Shown here: positions 51,607-64,000 of the stretch, one piece after another
How the letters are laid out: each line of letters starts with the position of its first letter
Position numbering within the stretch: the stretch's first letter is position 1
NCBI GenBank assembly: GCA_047967505.1
Contig: CM106538.1
Length of the DNA: 64,000 nucleotides
Reading direction: 5' to 3' (one strand)
Origin: Dipteris shenzhenensis
Lineage: Eukaryota
Notes under the pieces: generated by a model
The model's database searches: none
The model's input: only the letters and a program-made list of their open reading frames with translations
Told to the model about the DNA's origin: nothing
Made by a program: the position numbers and the translations under genes

Positions 51607-54258
51607 TGTTGGGATATCTCAAGGTGTATGCCCCAGGCACACCTTGGTTTCTATGTGTGTGTGCTAGAGGCACAGATAGGTGCCCATAAGCACAGTTAGG
51701 TGGGATAGAAGCCACATAGGATGATTGAGAGAATCTAGGAGTAGATTGAGGAGATGATTGTGGAGCTCTAAAGTCATCAGTGATGTCAGTGATCATGTAA
51801 GAGGTGCCTACTTAAGGACCTCATCTTTCTTCATTCCACAAGCAAGATTTCTGAGTTTGTGTTCACTCTGTGCTTTCTTTTCAATTTACCAACATGGTAT
51901 TAGAGCCCTTTGATCCCCCTTGAGCCCATTTCTGCCACATCATCATCTTCTTCTTCTTCCTCATCTTCACCATTTCTCCTCTTTCTTCCCAAATCTTGCT
52001 AAAGCTGTTCTCCCTCAGTTCTCCATTTTTCTCCAAGCCCTTCTTGCTAAAGATACCTCTCAAAGGGGCAAACCTTTGGCTACAAGGAATTGAAGCATCT
52101 TCATCTCTGTTGGTCGCCATTTCATGCAGATCGTCGAATCTCTGTTCTACGTTTTCTCTGTGCCTGCTCCTTCTTTCTCTAATTCCTTTCAAGGGAAGCT
52201 TCTCCATACATTGGGCTATCTTGTGCTGAAATCTAAGTAGCAATGGCTACATATTCAAGGAGAAGACAGAGAAAAACCAGTCAATTTTGAAGAAGCAAGC
52301 TATGGCGACCTGGCATGGATTTGTGCCTCTCCTCCTCAGTGGATTCTCTCTGGTATATGAGCTTTCTTTTGCCTCAAAAAGCCTCTTTTTCTTTGCTTTG
52401 GAGAGTGAGATACAAGCCCTCCAAGTTCAGGCCTCTGTTTTTGATAGTTTTGACAAGGTTGTGAAAGTGATACTACATTAGATGCTACTTTAGCATTTCT
52501 GAGGTTTTGAAGTTTTGAAAAGCATTAGTACAACTGTGGCTACAATTTCTTTTAAGTTGCTATACTTGGATTTGATTGGAAAGCTTTCATTTAGCCACCT
52601 CTGTGAAGCATGTAAGTGAAAGCATAATTGATTTGTAGTATGAAATTTGGTCACAAGTCTTTGCATTAAATGCTTATACTTTGAAGCTTTTCAGTTATTT
52701 TTCTAGCCTTGTAAGCAAGAAGACACTTCCCAATACCTGGTTTAGACCCTCTCATGGCTACCATATTGAATATAGATAAGTTCAATGGTAAGGGCTTCCA
52801 CACATGACAGATGAAGGTGAAATTTGCATTAATGAGGGAAAACCTCTAGGGACTTGTCAAACCGACTTCAACTTCTTCTTCAACAGCCTCCAATGCTGGA
52901 GAATCCTCAGCTCCGACACACCCAGCAAGAGATCCTACTAGAGAGGAGAAAGCATATGGCATCATTGCTCTTGCTTTAGGAGATGATTATATTCATCACA
53001 TCTCTGACTTAGAGTCTCCTTCAGAAGCTTGGCAGAAGCTTGACATTATTTTTGGTGCTAGCTCTCACATCTCAAAATTATCACTTAAAATTTCTTTCTT
53101 TGAATTGAAGATGGTTAGTGGCACTCCTTTGGCTGCCCATGTCAATTACATGTGGAGTCTTATGACTCAACTTGCTTCTATCAACTCTCCTATCACTATG
53201 GATGATGCAATGGCAGTGTTGCTCAAGAGTATGCCTGAAGACTATGATCACATTGTTACCACTTTGAAAAATCTCCCTAATCCTAATCTTGAAGGTCTTA
53301 TCTCTGCTCTCCAAGAAGAAGAAAGGCACATGGAGCTCCGGAATGGCAATGACACAACCTATGCCATCAAAATCCAGAAGGGCAAGTTTTCACCTTGCAA
53401 TCATTGTGGGAAGACTAATCATCTCTCAAAGGACTGCTTCAAAATCAATCCTTGCAAACACTGTGGCAAAAACAATCATCATGAAAGGTTCTATAGAGCC
53501 AAAAAGGAAGCAACTTCAAAGACAGAAAATGCCAATCTACTTTCAGTTGATGATCCTCCACAAGATGAGGCATCCTTTGAAGATTATGCTTTTTGAATCA
53601 TCTCCATGTATGCTCCAGATCTCTCTTTTGTTGAGTCAAGGTACTCAGCCTGGATAGTCCTCCAAAATGAATGAAATAAACTATTGTGTTTTGTGTTTTT
53701 TGTAAACACCTCTGGTCACCATATGATGTAGGCCATGTGTATGTGTTTTACTCCATGGTACCTCTTGCAAACATTGTGTGCATGTACATGCAGGGAGATA
53801 ACCATTGGAAGATCTTTTGTATCCCTTTTGTTTACCTTACACCCATGGGAACCCTTGCTAGCTTGAGATCCTAGCCATTGATAGATCCATGACCACCATG
53901 AGATGGCATGTGACACCTTGTGCTAGATGTATCCTTGACATAGCCTCAGTAATTCCCTTAAGGGGGGGTTTGTTGGAATATCTCAAGGTGTATGCCCCAG
54001 GCACACCTTGGTTTCTATGTGTGTGTGCTAGAGGCACACTTAGGTGCCCATAAGCACAGTTAGGTGGGATAGAAGCCACATAGGATGATTAAAAGAATCT
54101 AGGAGCAGATTGAGGAGATGATTGTGGAGCTCTGAAGTCATCAGTGATGTCAGTGATCATGTAAGAGGTGCCTACTTAAGGACCTCATCTTTCTTCATTC
54201 CACAAGCAAGATTTCTGAGTTTGTGTTCACTCTGTGCTTTCTTTTCAATTTACCAACA
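51607..54258 (+). mobile_element. Non-autonomous gag-only LTR retrotransposon (TR-GAG-like)
   Basis: 288-bp LTRs at 51607-51894 and 53971-54258 (about 7 differences), TSD ATTTT, PBS TGGTATTAGAGCC at 51895, PPT AAGGGGGGG before 53971. Only gag lies inside. Confidence 0.93.
52754..53596 (+). pseudogene. Copia-type Gag with two zinc knuckles, internal stops
   Basis: MATILNIDKFNGKGFHT*QMKVKFALMRENL*GLV... is in frame with ORF 53105-53596 (LLKSMPEDYDHIVTTL; CNHCGKTNHLSKDC; CKHCGKNNHHERFY). Confidence 0.85.
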
Positions 54259-56072
54259 ATTTTTCCCTTGCATATTTAAACTTTTGTTGGGAGTCCTTGC
54301 ATATTATACATGAGCCTTGTCCCCTCATACCCAGGATTTTGCATGAGGCCCTAGTAACATAATGCATATTCGTTCGGTGCCCCAAGTGTAAAGGTGACAA
54401 GCCAAGACACGGTTGTGCATTGTGTACTTTATTTAGGATTTACCAGCACAAGAGAAGTGAATTTATTGAGAAATTTGAATATAAAAGTGGGAGATGTCAA
54501 ATTTTTGGGAAAAATTAACGGCTGTGTCTTTCCACCTCCAATTGTACACATCAGCAACTTGTGCCCCTAAATGAGTGCAAAGAGGTCCAAATAGTTGAAA
54601 AAGAAAAAAGAAAAATGACTCGCTAGTAGGTTTGATGCTATCGATTAAGAACCACCTTTGACATGCTTATGGGCTTCATTGCAAGGTAGTGACTCAAAAA
54701 GGAACCAACACAAAATGATAAATTGTATGAATTGAGTTTTTCCAAATGCACTCATTTGTGAGCGAATTAATCTACAAATTTCAAAGTTTTAAGATCACCG
54801 TGTAGTAGCTCTGTAAGTGTGGAGTGCATTTTCTCAAAAGGTTTTCCTTTCCAATCAAATTAAGAAAATTTATTGAGCTTTCCCTCAAATGTTGCACACA
54901 AATACATCATAGTATTAGACACACCCCTTAGACCAAAGAAAAGGTTATCAATTTCTTTCCTCCTTTAGTTTCAAATAAACAATTTCTTCCATATATGTGT
55001 AGAACAACTATTTGATGTCTATAATTTTTTTTCGATATTCTATACAGTCTAAGATGCATGATTCATGGGCATTATAGCATTTGTACTAGCTTAATGATCT
55101 CATTTAAATGCATAATTGTGCAATTTTTAATCTTACATTCACGTTCCAAATGTGTAGATTAGTTTAGACACCAAGTTTGTCAAATTCCATTGAAATATTC
55201 ATAAGTTACAAATCGAGCACGTTATCCATATGCAATATATTCCCTCAACTTCAAAAAGAGGCTACACCCAATCATGCATTGGCCCAGGTGTGCCACAACT
55301 AGATGTGCAGTTCATCATATCAATGTGGAGTTGTAAGGGGAAAAAGTCATGCCCCAACTAGAGGATTATTTAGATGAAGCAGGTCCTAATCTTGGAAACA
55401 CATCTAGCTAGTTTGGCAAGGCTACAAATGTTGCATCTAAGGGTGTGGAGGGTCCCTAGAAGGAGCCTAATGATTGGGGCTAGGAGATACTTCATAATAA
55501 GGATAGATTTGTTCTTGGTATGGGAGAAGGTACACTACAAGGTGAGACCTAGGTGGTTGAATTGTGCAAAAATGGAGTGCAGGATGCAAAGCCTAGGTCG
55601 GGTGTGGGAGGTATTATGGAGCCCAAGGATGCTACAATTAAAGCAAATATTCTGAACCCCACCCGAAATTCTTGATGAAGTCAAGGATAAAGACCTACCA
55701 GAAGCATACCATAAAAAGAGAGCCTTCAAGAAGAAACTATAAAAGGAGTTCAAACAAATTTTCAAGGATCCTAGTGCCTTGAGAATGGTTTCCAAGCTTG
55801 CCATGCATGCATCTTGCAGCCTTAGCAATGGGAAAGAGAACTAGCTTAATTTATTTTCAAGGAGCAAAAAATTGTATTTGTGAATTGCCTATGTAGACAT
55901 AAAGCTGGTATTGTTGTGTTGGTAAATTGACCCATTACTACAACGAGATTTTAGGGACCAAATGCACATGTTTAGGTAGTGGAGATATGCAATTCTAGCT
56001 TAATCTTCAATATAATTTCCTTGTCCATCCCTAATGGGGCCAACAAGTGAGCAGGTTATTTTAAAGGAAGCA

Positions 56073-56190
56073 ATGAGGGGGGACAACAGTTTATTAGGTA
56101 GGGATTGGAACATGATAGAGAAGGTCATATACAAGAGGGGGGACAACTGTTTATTAGGCAAGGATTGGAACATGATAGAGAAGGTCATAA
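56073..56190 (+). repeat. ~60-bp tandem duplication within a probable LINE endonuclease relic
   Basis: GAGGGGGGACAAC.GTTTATTAGG.A.GGATTGGAACATGATAGAGAAGGTCATA occurs twice. It translates to LLGRDWNMIE, resembling the GDxN motif of the LINE endonuclease. Confidence 0.6.
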
Positions 56191-59100
56191 ACAAGTTCCA
56201 TGATAAATAGGGATGTCTATGCTTTGAAATTAGAGGACTATGAGGATCTAATCTAGTCCTTAAAATTACTTTACTATGCAGAGTTGGATCCTAAGGGGTT
56301 TCCCTTGAAATAATAAGAGGAAAGACTAGGAGTTAGATGTGGATGATATTGAACGTTCTATGCATCAGGTGTGGAATCTCGAGGGATTCACCTCCAAAAC
56401 ATTTAGTGTACCATGTGCATTCAAATTTAGAAAAAAAGCCATTACCTCATAAGTAAAGAGGGGTGGTTTTATTGGGGAGAACATTTGAGTTGAGGGCTAA
56501 AATACCCCTTGAACGCACGTGATACCTAGGATTTCTTAGTAGTGCACCCCTGAATGGTGGACGGGAGAACCTATGGAGGGAAAATACTTATATGCATCAG
56601 GTTTTCTTGATCACTTACCCTTGAAATGGTGGTTCTCTCTCTCTCTCGGTGCAAAGAGGTACGTCTTATGACATCCCTTTTTAAGTTTCATAAGAAGGAC
56701 TTTCTTGACATGGAGATCAATGCTTTCATTTTGAGGCACCTTCTTGATCACGTACCCATTAAATGGTGGCTCACTCTCCTAGTGCAAAGATAGAGTCTTA
56801 TAATATCCCTTTTAAGTTTCATAAGAGGCCTTTCTTAACATGGATACCGATGCTATCATTAGATAGATACTTGGTCGGCCAGTTAAGGAGTCCTATCTTA
56901 GGTGGGATTTGGCTATCAAGAAAGTAGTTAACTATGCAGTGAAATAGGGTAGTGGTTAAAGAATGACTAAAAGAGTAAATGTGGGGAAGATGGAGGAGAC
57001 TCGATCTATACTTTATATGGAATTAAAAGTTGGCCTTGAGGACCCTTTTTTCAGGACTTTGATTATTGAGTTGGAGGATACTTTGAGACTTTGGGAAAAT
57101 AAGAAGGTGGAGGGAGCTAAACTGAAGAGTAATTATCTATGGTTTTCCTAAAGGGTTTTCCCCTCTCATATCCTTTTTCAAGTTGTCAAGTGCGAGCATG
57201 TCAAGAGTTGGTGAATCAACATTGTGGGGGAACAAACGGTATGGCTATTGAAGTTTGGGAAGGAAGTGCTTACCAAAAATGTTTGATTGTCATCATGCTC
57301 CCCCTACGTAGAGATTACTAAATGGTTTATTACTAGAGATATTCAAACTAATACGATAGACCATTTTCTTTCTTCCCTTTGAAGATTATGGGGATTGACC
57401 TAGTTTCTAGGCTGGTCTCGCTTGGAATGTAGCGGTTCTCAATTGTTGTGGAAGGGAAGAAAGGCTTAAGGGGTGATTACATCCTGAAGGAGAAAGAGCT
57501 ATCTGAGCTAGAGACTCCAAAGGTTTCACATCCTACAGTAGTAGCAAGTTGGCGTTACATGAGGGCATGCGGGCTTCTTCTAGTCTAGGGTATTAGGAAT
57601 AAGTTGCCGTCTTTGACAAGGTTGTGTGTGATTTGGGTAGTGGGAGCCTTGTAATGGCCTTGATGGATTTGACTCTAGCAATGTAGAGTAGAGATTCACA
57701 TTATAGTCAAATCCTCAAATAGATCAGGTCTTACCTTTAATTTTGCTTGTCATCTTACTACATAGCAGCATAGGCCACAACTAGTGTGCCCTACTATTCT
57801 AATTGGCCATTTTTGTATTTTTGGACTTTTTTCTTCAGATGTGATTGCTTTGCTAGTAAACTTATCTTTGTTTGGGGGGGGAAAAGGCTAAGTTTTGACT
57901 TCATAGCTATAGAGAATTGGAGATATGAATTGAAAGGTATGTAGAAGCTAACTTCTTTACTTTCATATTTAAGTACACCTTTTTTAATGAATTATGGACT
58001 TTTTCTCATCACTTTAAAGTAGAGAAGGTTGACATGAAATGCGACTTTTAGCAAATGGAGTGCTTAGGGAAAAGTTTGAATAGGATAATGAAGAGATTTC
58101 ACAAGTCAATTAGGGAGCATTCAAAGTGTTCATCTTTAGGTCAAATGGTTTAAGGTAGTATGTAGAGTAGGCTATAGCAATTTTTTTGCAATACACTCCA
58201 AGTTCTAGGTTGATCTGATAGATACATTCATGCTACTTATGCATTGTATATAGCTAACATGTTATCTTTGCTTTTGGTTTACAAATACATGTTAATCACT
58301 CTTTTTGATGTCAGAACTAAGAACTATTTAGATATACTTGATATGATGCTTTCCAAAACAATGGGATGACTAATGGTGGTACGACGTGGTCCAAATTGCA
58401 CCTTGAGAGAACATACATTTAAGGACACTTAAGTTCAGGACAACATGCCAAATGTGACAATAGCCGATTTCCAATACCCAACTCTAGTTATCCCAAGAGA
58501 AAATGAAGAGGAAAGCTTTTCCTTAGATAACTTCTTTACTGGTGTTGTGGGGAACCTAGCATTGACTTTGGTGCTACACAAGATTTGGCTCAGAAGAGGA
58601 TGGCGAATGACAAAGTTGAGCCTTAGTCCTCAAATGGTCCAATAGAAGAATGAATCCATTCCCCCTTCATTATATACACAAGAATCATTATATTCATAGA
58701 AAGAACGACTCCCATTTTTACGTATAAAATTATTCGATTGATGCTATAGAATTCTTTTTTCCCCTCCACTCAAGCATACACATACACATAGGTAGGCATC
58801 TATGAGGGGTGCAACCACCCATGGCCTATGCTGACAGGCAGTAGGGATCTTCTCGAGGGAATCAAATGTCGACAGCCAGCACAAGTGGGAAAACACCCAA
58901 AATGCTTTAGCTCATTGTCCTAAAATGTGCAGTGCATTTAGTTGTAACGTGACGACCCTCCAGTCCATGTAGACATGCCACGTGACAGTTTGGGGTGGCC
59001 ATGTGGCGACCATGTGTAATCCACCGTGGTGACGCTCTCCCATTCTTGGTCCCAACTAACTAACTTGACTATTGTAATCTGAAGGATTAATAGACGATGG

Positions 59101-59517
59101 GCTGGAGGACTTTAGCACTGCGTTCTGGGCCATCTCTCTTTCTTGGTCTCTTCTTGAATCTATCTTGTGTCCTGCGTAGTCATTCGTATACATACAATCC
59201 TTCTATGTTGCACCAATGCATAGACAATCATCCTAGAAACGTGGAGGGTTTTGGGGAATCTATGAACATGATGGTAATTTCTAGGTGAAAAAAGTGGTTT
59301 GTTGGGGTGAAGGCCTATGACTGAGTGACGTTGGGCCTGTTCCCACACACAGGAAATGTGAGCATCCCATTGCAAGGTGTGCAAATTGACGAGCTCACAC
59401 ATGGGACGTTAAGTCTAGGTTCGAGTGGTAGACTAATGGCTGTTTGAATCCACAAGGACATTGGTGGATTCATTTGGGTAGTTAGGTGTGACTGCAATCG
59501 TGGAAACAAAAATGCTT

Positions 59518-60441
59518 GGATCCCTTTGGCCTCCTAGGTGCCACCTCTCTTGAAGGGAGAGCCTCGGCCTTGGGGAACTCATCTAGCCAATTCCCTCTCT
59601 CCCATCCTGCGATGCCTTGCCTAGAGCTGCAGTGGTCTGCACTGCTCCTCCCCCTGCCTCTTCGCTCCTCCTCCCTGATCTTGCAACACCCGAATTTTCT
59701 AGGCGTGGAAATTGAGTATGGGGTGATGGAAAATCTCCCACCTGGGAAAATGGCACTTTTTCCCTACATGGAAATAGGCTGTGAGATGTGCTAGGTGCTG
59801 CTGGGATCCCTTTGGCCTCCTAGCTGCCACCTCTTGAAGGGACAACCTCGGCCTTGGGGAACTCATCTAGCCAATTCCCTCTCTCCCATCCTGCGATGGC
59901 TTGCCTAGAGCTGCAGTGGTCTGCACTGCTCCTCCCCCTGCCTCTTCGCTCCTCCTCCCTGATCTTGCAACACCCGAATTTTCTGGGCGTGGAAACTAAG
60001 TATGGGGTGGTAATTGGGAAACCCCACAGCCACCGGTGTCTGATGGAAAATCTCCCACCTGGGAAAATGGCACTTTTTCCCTGCATGGAAATAGGTTGTG
60101 AGATGTGCTAGGTGCTGCTGGGATCCCTTTGGCCTCCTAGCTGCCACCTCTTGAAGGGACAACCTCGGCCTTGGGGAACTCATCTAGCCAATTCCCTCTC
60201 TCCCATCCTGCGATGGCTTGCCTAGAGCTGCAGTGGTCTGCACTGCTCCTCCCCCTGCCTCTTCGCTCCTCCTCCCTGATCTTGCAACACCCGAATTTTC
60301 TGGGCGTGGAAACTAAGTATGGGGTGGTAATTGGGAAATCCCACAGCCACCGATGTCTGATGGAAAATCTCCCACCTGGGAAAATGGCACTTTTTCCCTG
60401 CATGGAAATAGGCTGTGAGATGTGCTAGGTGCTGCTGGGAT
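59518..60441 (+). repeat. Tandem repeat, 317-bp unit x3 (first unit 286 bp)
   Basis: Units start with GGATCCCTTTGGCCTCCTAG at 59518, 59804 and 60121. Units 2 and 3 are nearly identical, and unit 1 has an internal deletion. Confidence 0.97.
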
Positions 60442-61917
60442 GAGGGGCGGGGAGGTTGATGATGAAATCTGAGAGCTAAGCACTTGAATTGTGAAGTTTG
60501 TGTTTGATTAAGCCCTACCGCATGAGGTGCTGCAACCGACGACAACTCAAGTGGTAGGGCATTTGCGGAAGTGAGGAGAGGCCGTGGTTTGAAACTTGAC
60601 AAGGTTCTGGTAATTAGCACCTCAAAGTTAATTAGCAGCTAAGCACTTAAAGTATAAAACAAGGGGCACACAGGTGCCTAGAGCACTGCCCCCAAGTGGC
60701 TGAGTTTCAAAGGGCCTCTAGAATAGAAGCTTTGTACTAGCTAGAGCTCTGGGAGTGCTAACAAACTCATCTTCGATTTAACCATCTAATTAGCACTCCA
60801 AAGTTAAATTAGTAGCTAATCACTTCAAGCTTCAAACAAACTCATCTTCTCAAGTCTTCCCTCTTCAACCATCGTCTGAATTCCCTCTTGGATCATCTTC
60901 TCAATTCTGGATCAAGCGTCTCTCAATCGCTGCTCTTTCCCCACCATCTCTCGAAATTGCAGACGCACACAAGGACACCAGCGGTAAGTGTAGCTTCAGT
61001 GCTCCATTGGAGTCCACTTACAGAGTTGGTTGCTCTTTAATCTATGAGGTACCTCATCCTGAACGACATTTCTGGCGCTGCGCAATTGGTAGAATTAAGG
61101 GACATGGACAATGAAAGATTGACGCAGGCGGAATCAGAAGCCCCTGGATCATCAGAAACTGAACCAGCACAGAGAGTGGCGCTAAGTCCTAAAATTATAA
61201 AGGCCGCTCTAGTTTTGCAAACGCAATCCGATCGATTAATTGCGTTGCCTTCACAGACACAAGTGAATCCGAACGCCATTGCTGCGCATTTTTGCAGGAC
61301 CTGTGCATCAGCTCGATCATGGAAAAGAGACGGAAACGGAAAGCAGGCTGGAGCAGGGTAGCGGCGGTAAGTGCTGCATTGACGCTCTTGCGTTTGGTTG
61401 CTATTGTTCCTGAGATTCGAACGTTCCTTCCAATAGGACGATCGCCCGACATTTTCACAAAATTGATAAACGTGCCGGTCCAATACACGAGAGACCGTGG
61501 CGGGAAAGGCGCTCAAAAAGGAGACAAGGCAGCTCCAAAAGCGGAAAAGAGAAAGAGCAAGATACAAAGGGGAGACGAGCGGAGGTTAGTTCTGATCATT
61601 AAATGAAGTGTACCTCTGACTAGCGATGAATTAGCAATCTCTGATATGAAATGGCTTCTAACGTTTCGATGAGACATTCGAATCAGCTCTTATTGAGCGC
61701 AATCGCAGGATTATTGGATGAGGCTCCGAAAGTGCTCCGTATGGCTACGCAATTGGCACGACACGCAGTCGGAATGCACACTAGAATCAGATCAGTACAG
61801 GGGGGAAGGAACGTCCAGGACAGTACAAGGGACGCGGTATGTCCTAATTGAAAGGCTACGCAAACGATTCTGGCAATCGATAATGCATTCGTTCCTGATG
61901 AATTGACTTGAATAATT

Positions 61918-62739
61918 GTGAGATGTAGGGATCGCGAGAAACTCCAAAACGAGCGTGGATGTTGGCCAAATCAGCGAAGTTCCGGAGCGCGTAATAAGGC
62001 AAAAGATACGGCGACAGAAGCGGAGCGTCCCAAACCCAAGATAACCAAAAGTAGGGCTCCAAGAAAGCAAAGCTCGAAGATTACCACACAGGTCGAAGCT
62101 CAATCGGAACGCCTCAACCTTGTACAGCCTGCAGCTATGGCGGATTTTCCCAGGCCTCATCCTCGGCGGTCGATCACAGATCAGAGACGCAATCGTAGAG
62201 CCGTTCAACGGGAGGAGCAGCCTGAGTTTACTCGTCAGCGAATCAAGCTCAAGACCAAGATGGCCTCGGTTCTGGCAAGCCAATTCGTTTACACTCCCAA
62301 CACGAGATATGCTGTCGATATGTTTCAATACATGCATGTCACGGGGCTCAGATCCTTTGCCATAGCGATGGGATTGGAGCAACATACTGCCGAATCGGAC
62401 GCAAATGCTGATGTTGTTCGGCTGCGGAACGCTGTAGTCCGGGGTTTGATAGAGAGGAATCAGATGTTGGATGCTCGGCGCGACGCAGGGGCAATCAACT
62501 CGCCAGGCAATCACGGCATAATTGCATCCAAGATTGCAGGCGTCTTTCGACAGGCCTTGGAGACATTTAACCCTGGAGTAGGTGAAAATTTAGACAGGTT
62601 TCCATTTGATGCAGACTTTGTCGTGGACTTCCTCAAAGCGCAGGGGCTGGACAGCGATGCGATGATAGTTGTGGTGGAATTCATCTTGGGGGAGGTTGAC
62701 GGACTGTTTCAGGTAGCTAACATGAATTGCGCATGTTGA
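61918..62739 (+). CDS. Hypothetical ORF (273 aa; possible start at MASVLASQ, ~62260) in a CpG-rich segment
   Basis: Longest uninterrupted non-TE, non-C4H ORF in the window. Basic N-terminal half and globular-looking C-terminal half, with no recognised domain. Confidence 0.3.
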   Translation: MRCRDREKLQNERGCWPNQRSSGARNKAKDTATEAERPKPKITKSRAPRKQSSKITTQVEAQSERLNLVQPAAMADFPRPHPRRSITDQRRNRRAVQREEQPEFTRQRIKLKTKMASVLASQFVYTPNTRYAVDMFQYMHVTGLRSFAIAMGLEQHTAESDANADVVRLRNAVVRGLIERNQMLDARRDAGAINSPGNHGIIASKIAGVFRQALETFNPGVGENLDRFPFDADFVVDFLKAQGLDSDAMIVVVEFILGEVDGLFQVANMNCAC

Positions 62740-64000
62740 GAAGACGATCCATTACGTGCTGCAATAGCTGACGATCCGTTTGTAAGCTCCGAATAATTTG
62801 AGTATCCCTTGCGAACGATGATCCGTTTGCAAGCTCTGTTTTGCGCTTATTAAGGATGATCACTTTATTGAGGCTCGTTCGATTCGATTGTTTTACACAA
62901 TTGTTTGATTGCCTTCCAGATTCGACAAGGAACTTGAGGTTGATTACAGCTACACCATTTTGCCGTGGCGATGGGGACGAAGGGCTTTTTGCTTTTACAC
63001 ATTTGTTTGAACCAAGTTTCCGAGTGTTGCGTCAAGACGCCATAGATTATCTGTATCCCACAGTTCGTAGCGTATGTCTGGCTTCAACCAGGATGTAGAA
63101 AGGGCTTCGTCGTCTCAGCCAGTCCAGGTGTGTGATGAATCTTTGAACATTGCGACGAAGTAGAAAGCGCTTCGTCGCCTCAGTCTGTCCAGCTTCGAAC
63201 ATTGCGACGATGATCTTTTCACTATAACGATGATCTTTTCGCTTATATATTGAAGTCTCCGAATTCGTCTCTGTCATCTGCTTTTTCTGAGACCTCATTC
63301 CTTCATTCAGAGCGTCCTCATTCGTTCACCACTTACACCGGCGAAGAGCTTCATCCGGGAAACTGTTTCTGATCATTAATGCCTTGCTTGCTTGACTCTC
63401 TGAGATTTTTGGAGTTCTGTTTTGCACCAATGCAGTGGTCAAAAGTTGCTCATTCATCTGTTCTGCTTGGCCTGATCATTAATGCTTTGCTTGATTCAAA
63501 CTCTGAGATTTTTGGAGTTCTGTTTTGCACAAATGCGGTGGTCCAAATGAGATCGACGACAGGGTCTCCCTAGTAGTCGCTGATGTTGCTCGGATCCTTT
63601 CTCTGCCTCATGCAGATTTGCTGTGGGCAGAGCATCCTCATTTCTTCGTATAGTTTGTTTAAAAATCTGGTTCTATTTTGCGTGGGCTGATCAACGGTCG
63701 GCTATTAATCCTAAGTTGGTCTTCTCAAGAACTGCTTATGATGCCTGCATTATTTCTGAAGTATTCATAGTTGCAGATGTCTAATCAGTTAAAACGTTTA
63801 ATTTGAGGTGCAGGTTAGTCGTGTCTCTGAATCTATAGCTCAACAACATGCTCCTGATAACATACAGTTATCTTTGTTACATGGTTAGCAGTCTTTCATT
63901 GCAGTAAAAAGTAAGATTAGTGGCAAAACGACGTATTTCATAGCATTCACTGAAAGCAAATTAGCTTCTCCATACTTCAAAACTGGGAAGTATTTATGAA

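Noticed and set aside
59516-60620. Repeated 85-92 aa ORFs; CRISPR-like array
   Set aside because: The ORFs simply recur with the 317-bp unit. There is no repeat-spacer structure and the context is eukaryotic.

Overview
Land-plant nuclear DNA, probably from a large repeat-rich genome such as a fern (inference from gene and TE style only). It has one intact host gene, a 3-exon cinnamate 4-hydroxylase (CYP73A/C4H, minus strand, 2285-4018). The rest is mostly transposon-derived. There are Ty1/Copia elements of one family at three loci, one of them a tandem LTR-int-LTR-int-LTR unit. There is also a younger Copia of another family, a gag-only LTR element, hAT, LINE and Gypsy fragments, and tandem repeats. 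The most notable structure is a ~13.25 kb unit (7610-20860) bounded by 35-bp terminal inverted repeats starting CATTACAAAAAAA. It carries three decayed genes: (i) an intron-containing DDE transposase whose motifs line up in order with the RAG1/Transib catalytic core, (ii) an apparently intronless histone H3 variant with a long tail and long loop 1 (CENH3-like) behind a TATA/site II/telo-box promoter, and (iii) a convergent SWIM-finger gene with two related hairpins in a likely intron. This looks like a candidate plant RAG1/Transib-like DNA transposon carrying its own histone H3 variant. All protein family assignments were made by eye, with no database searches.
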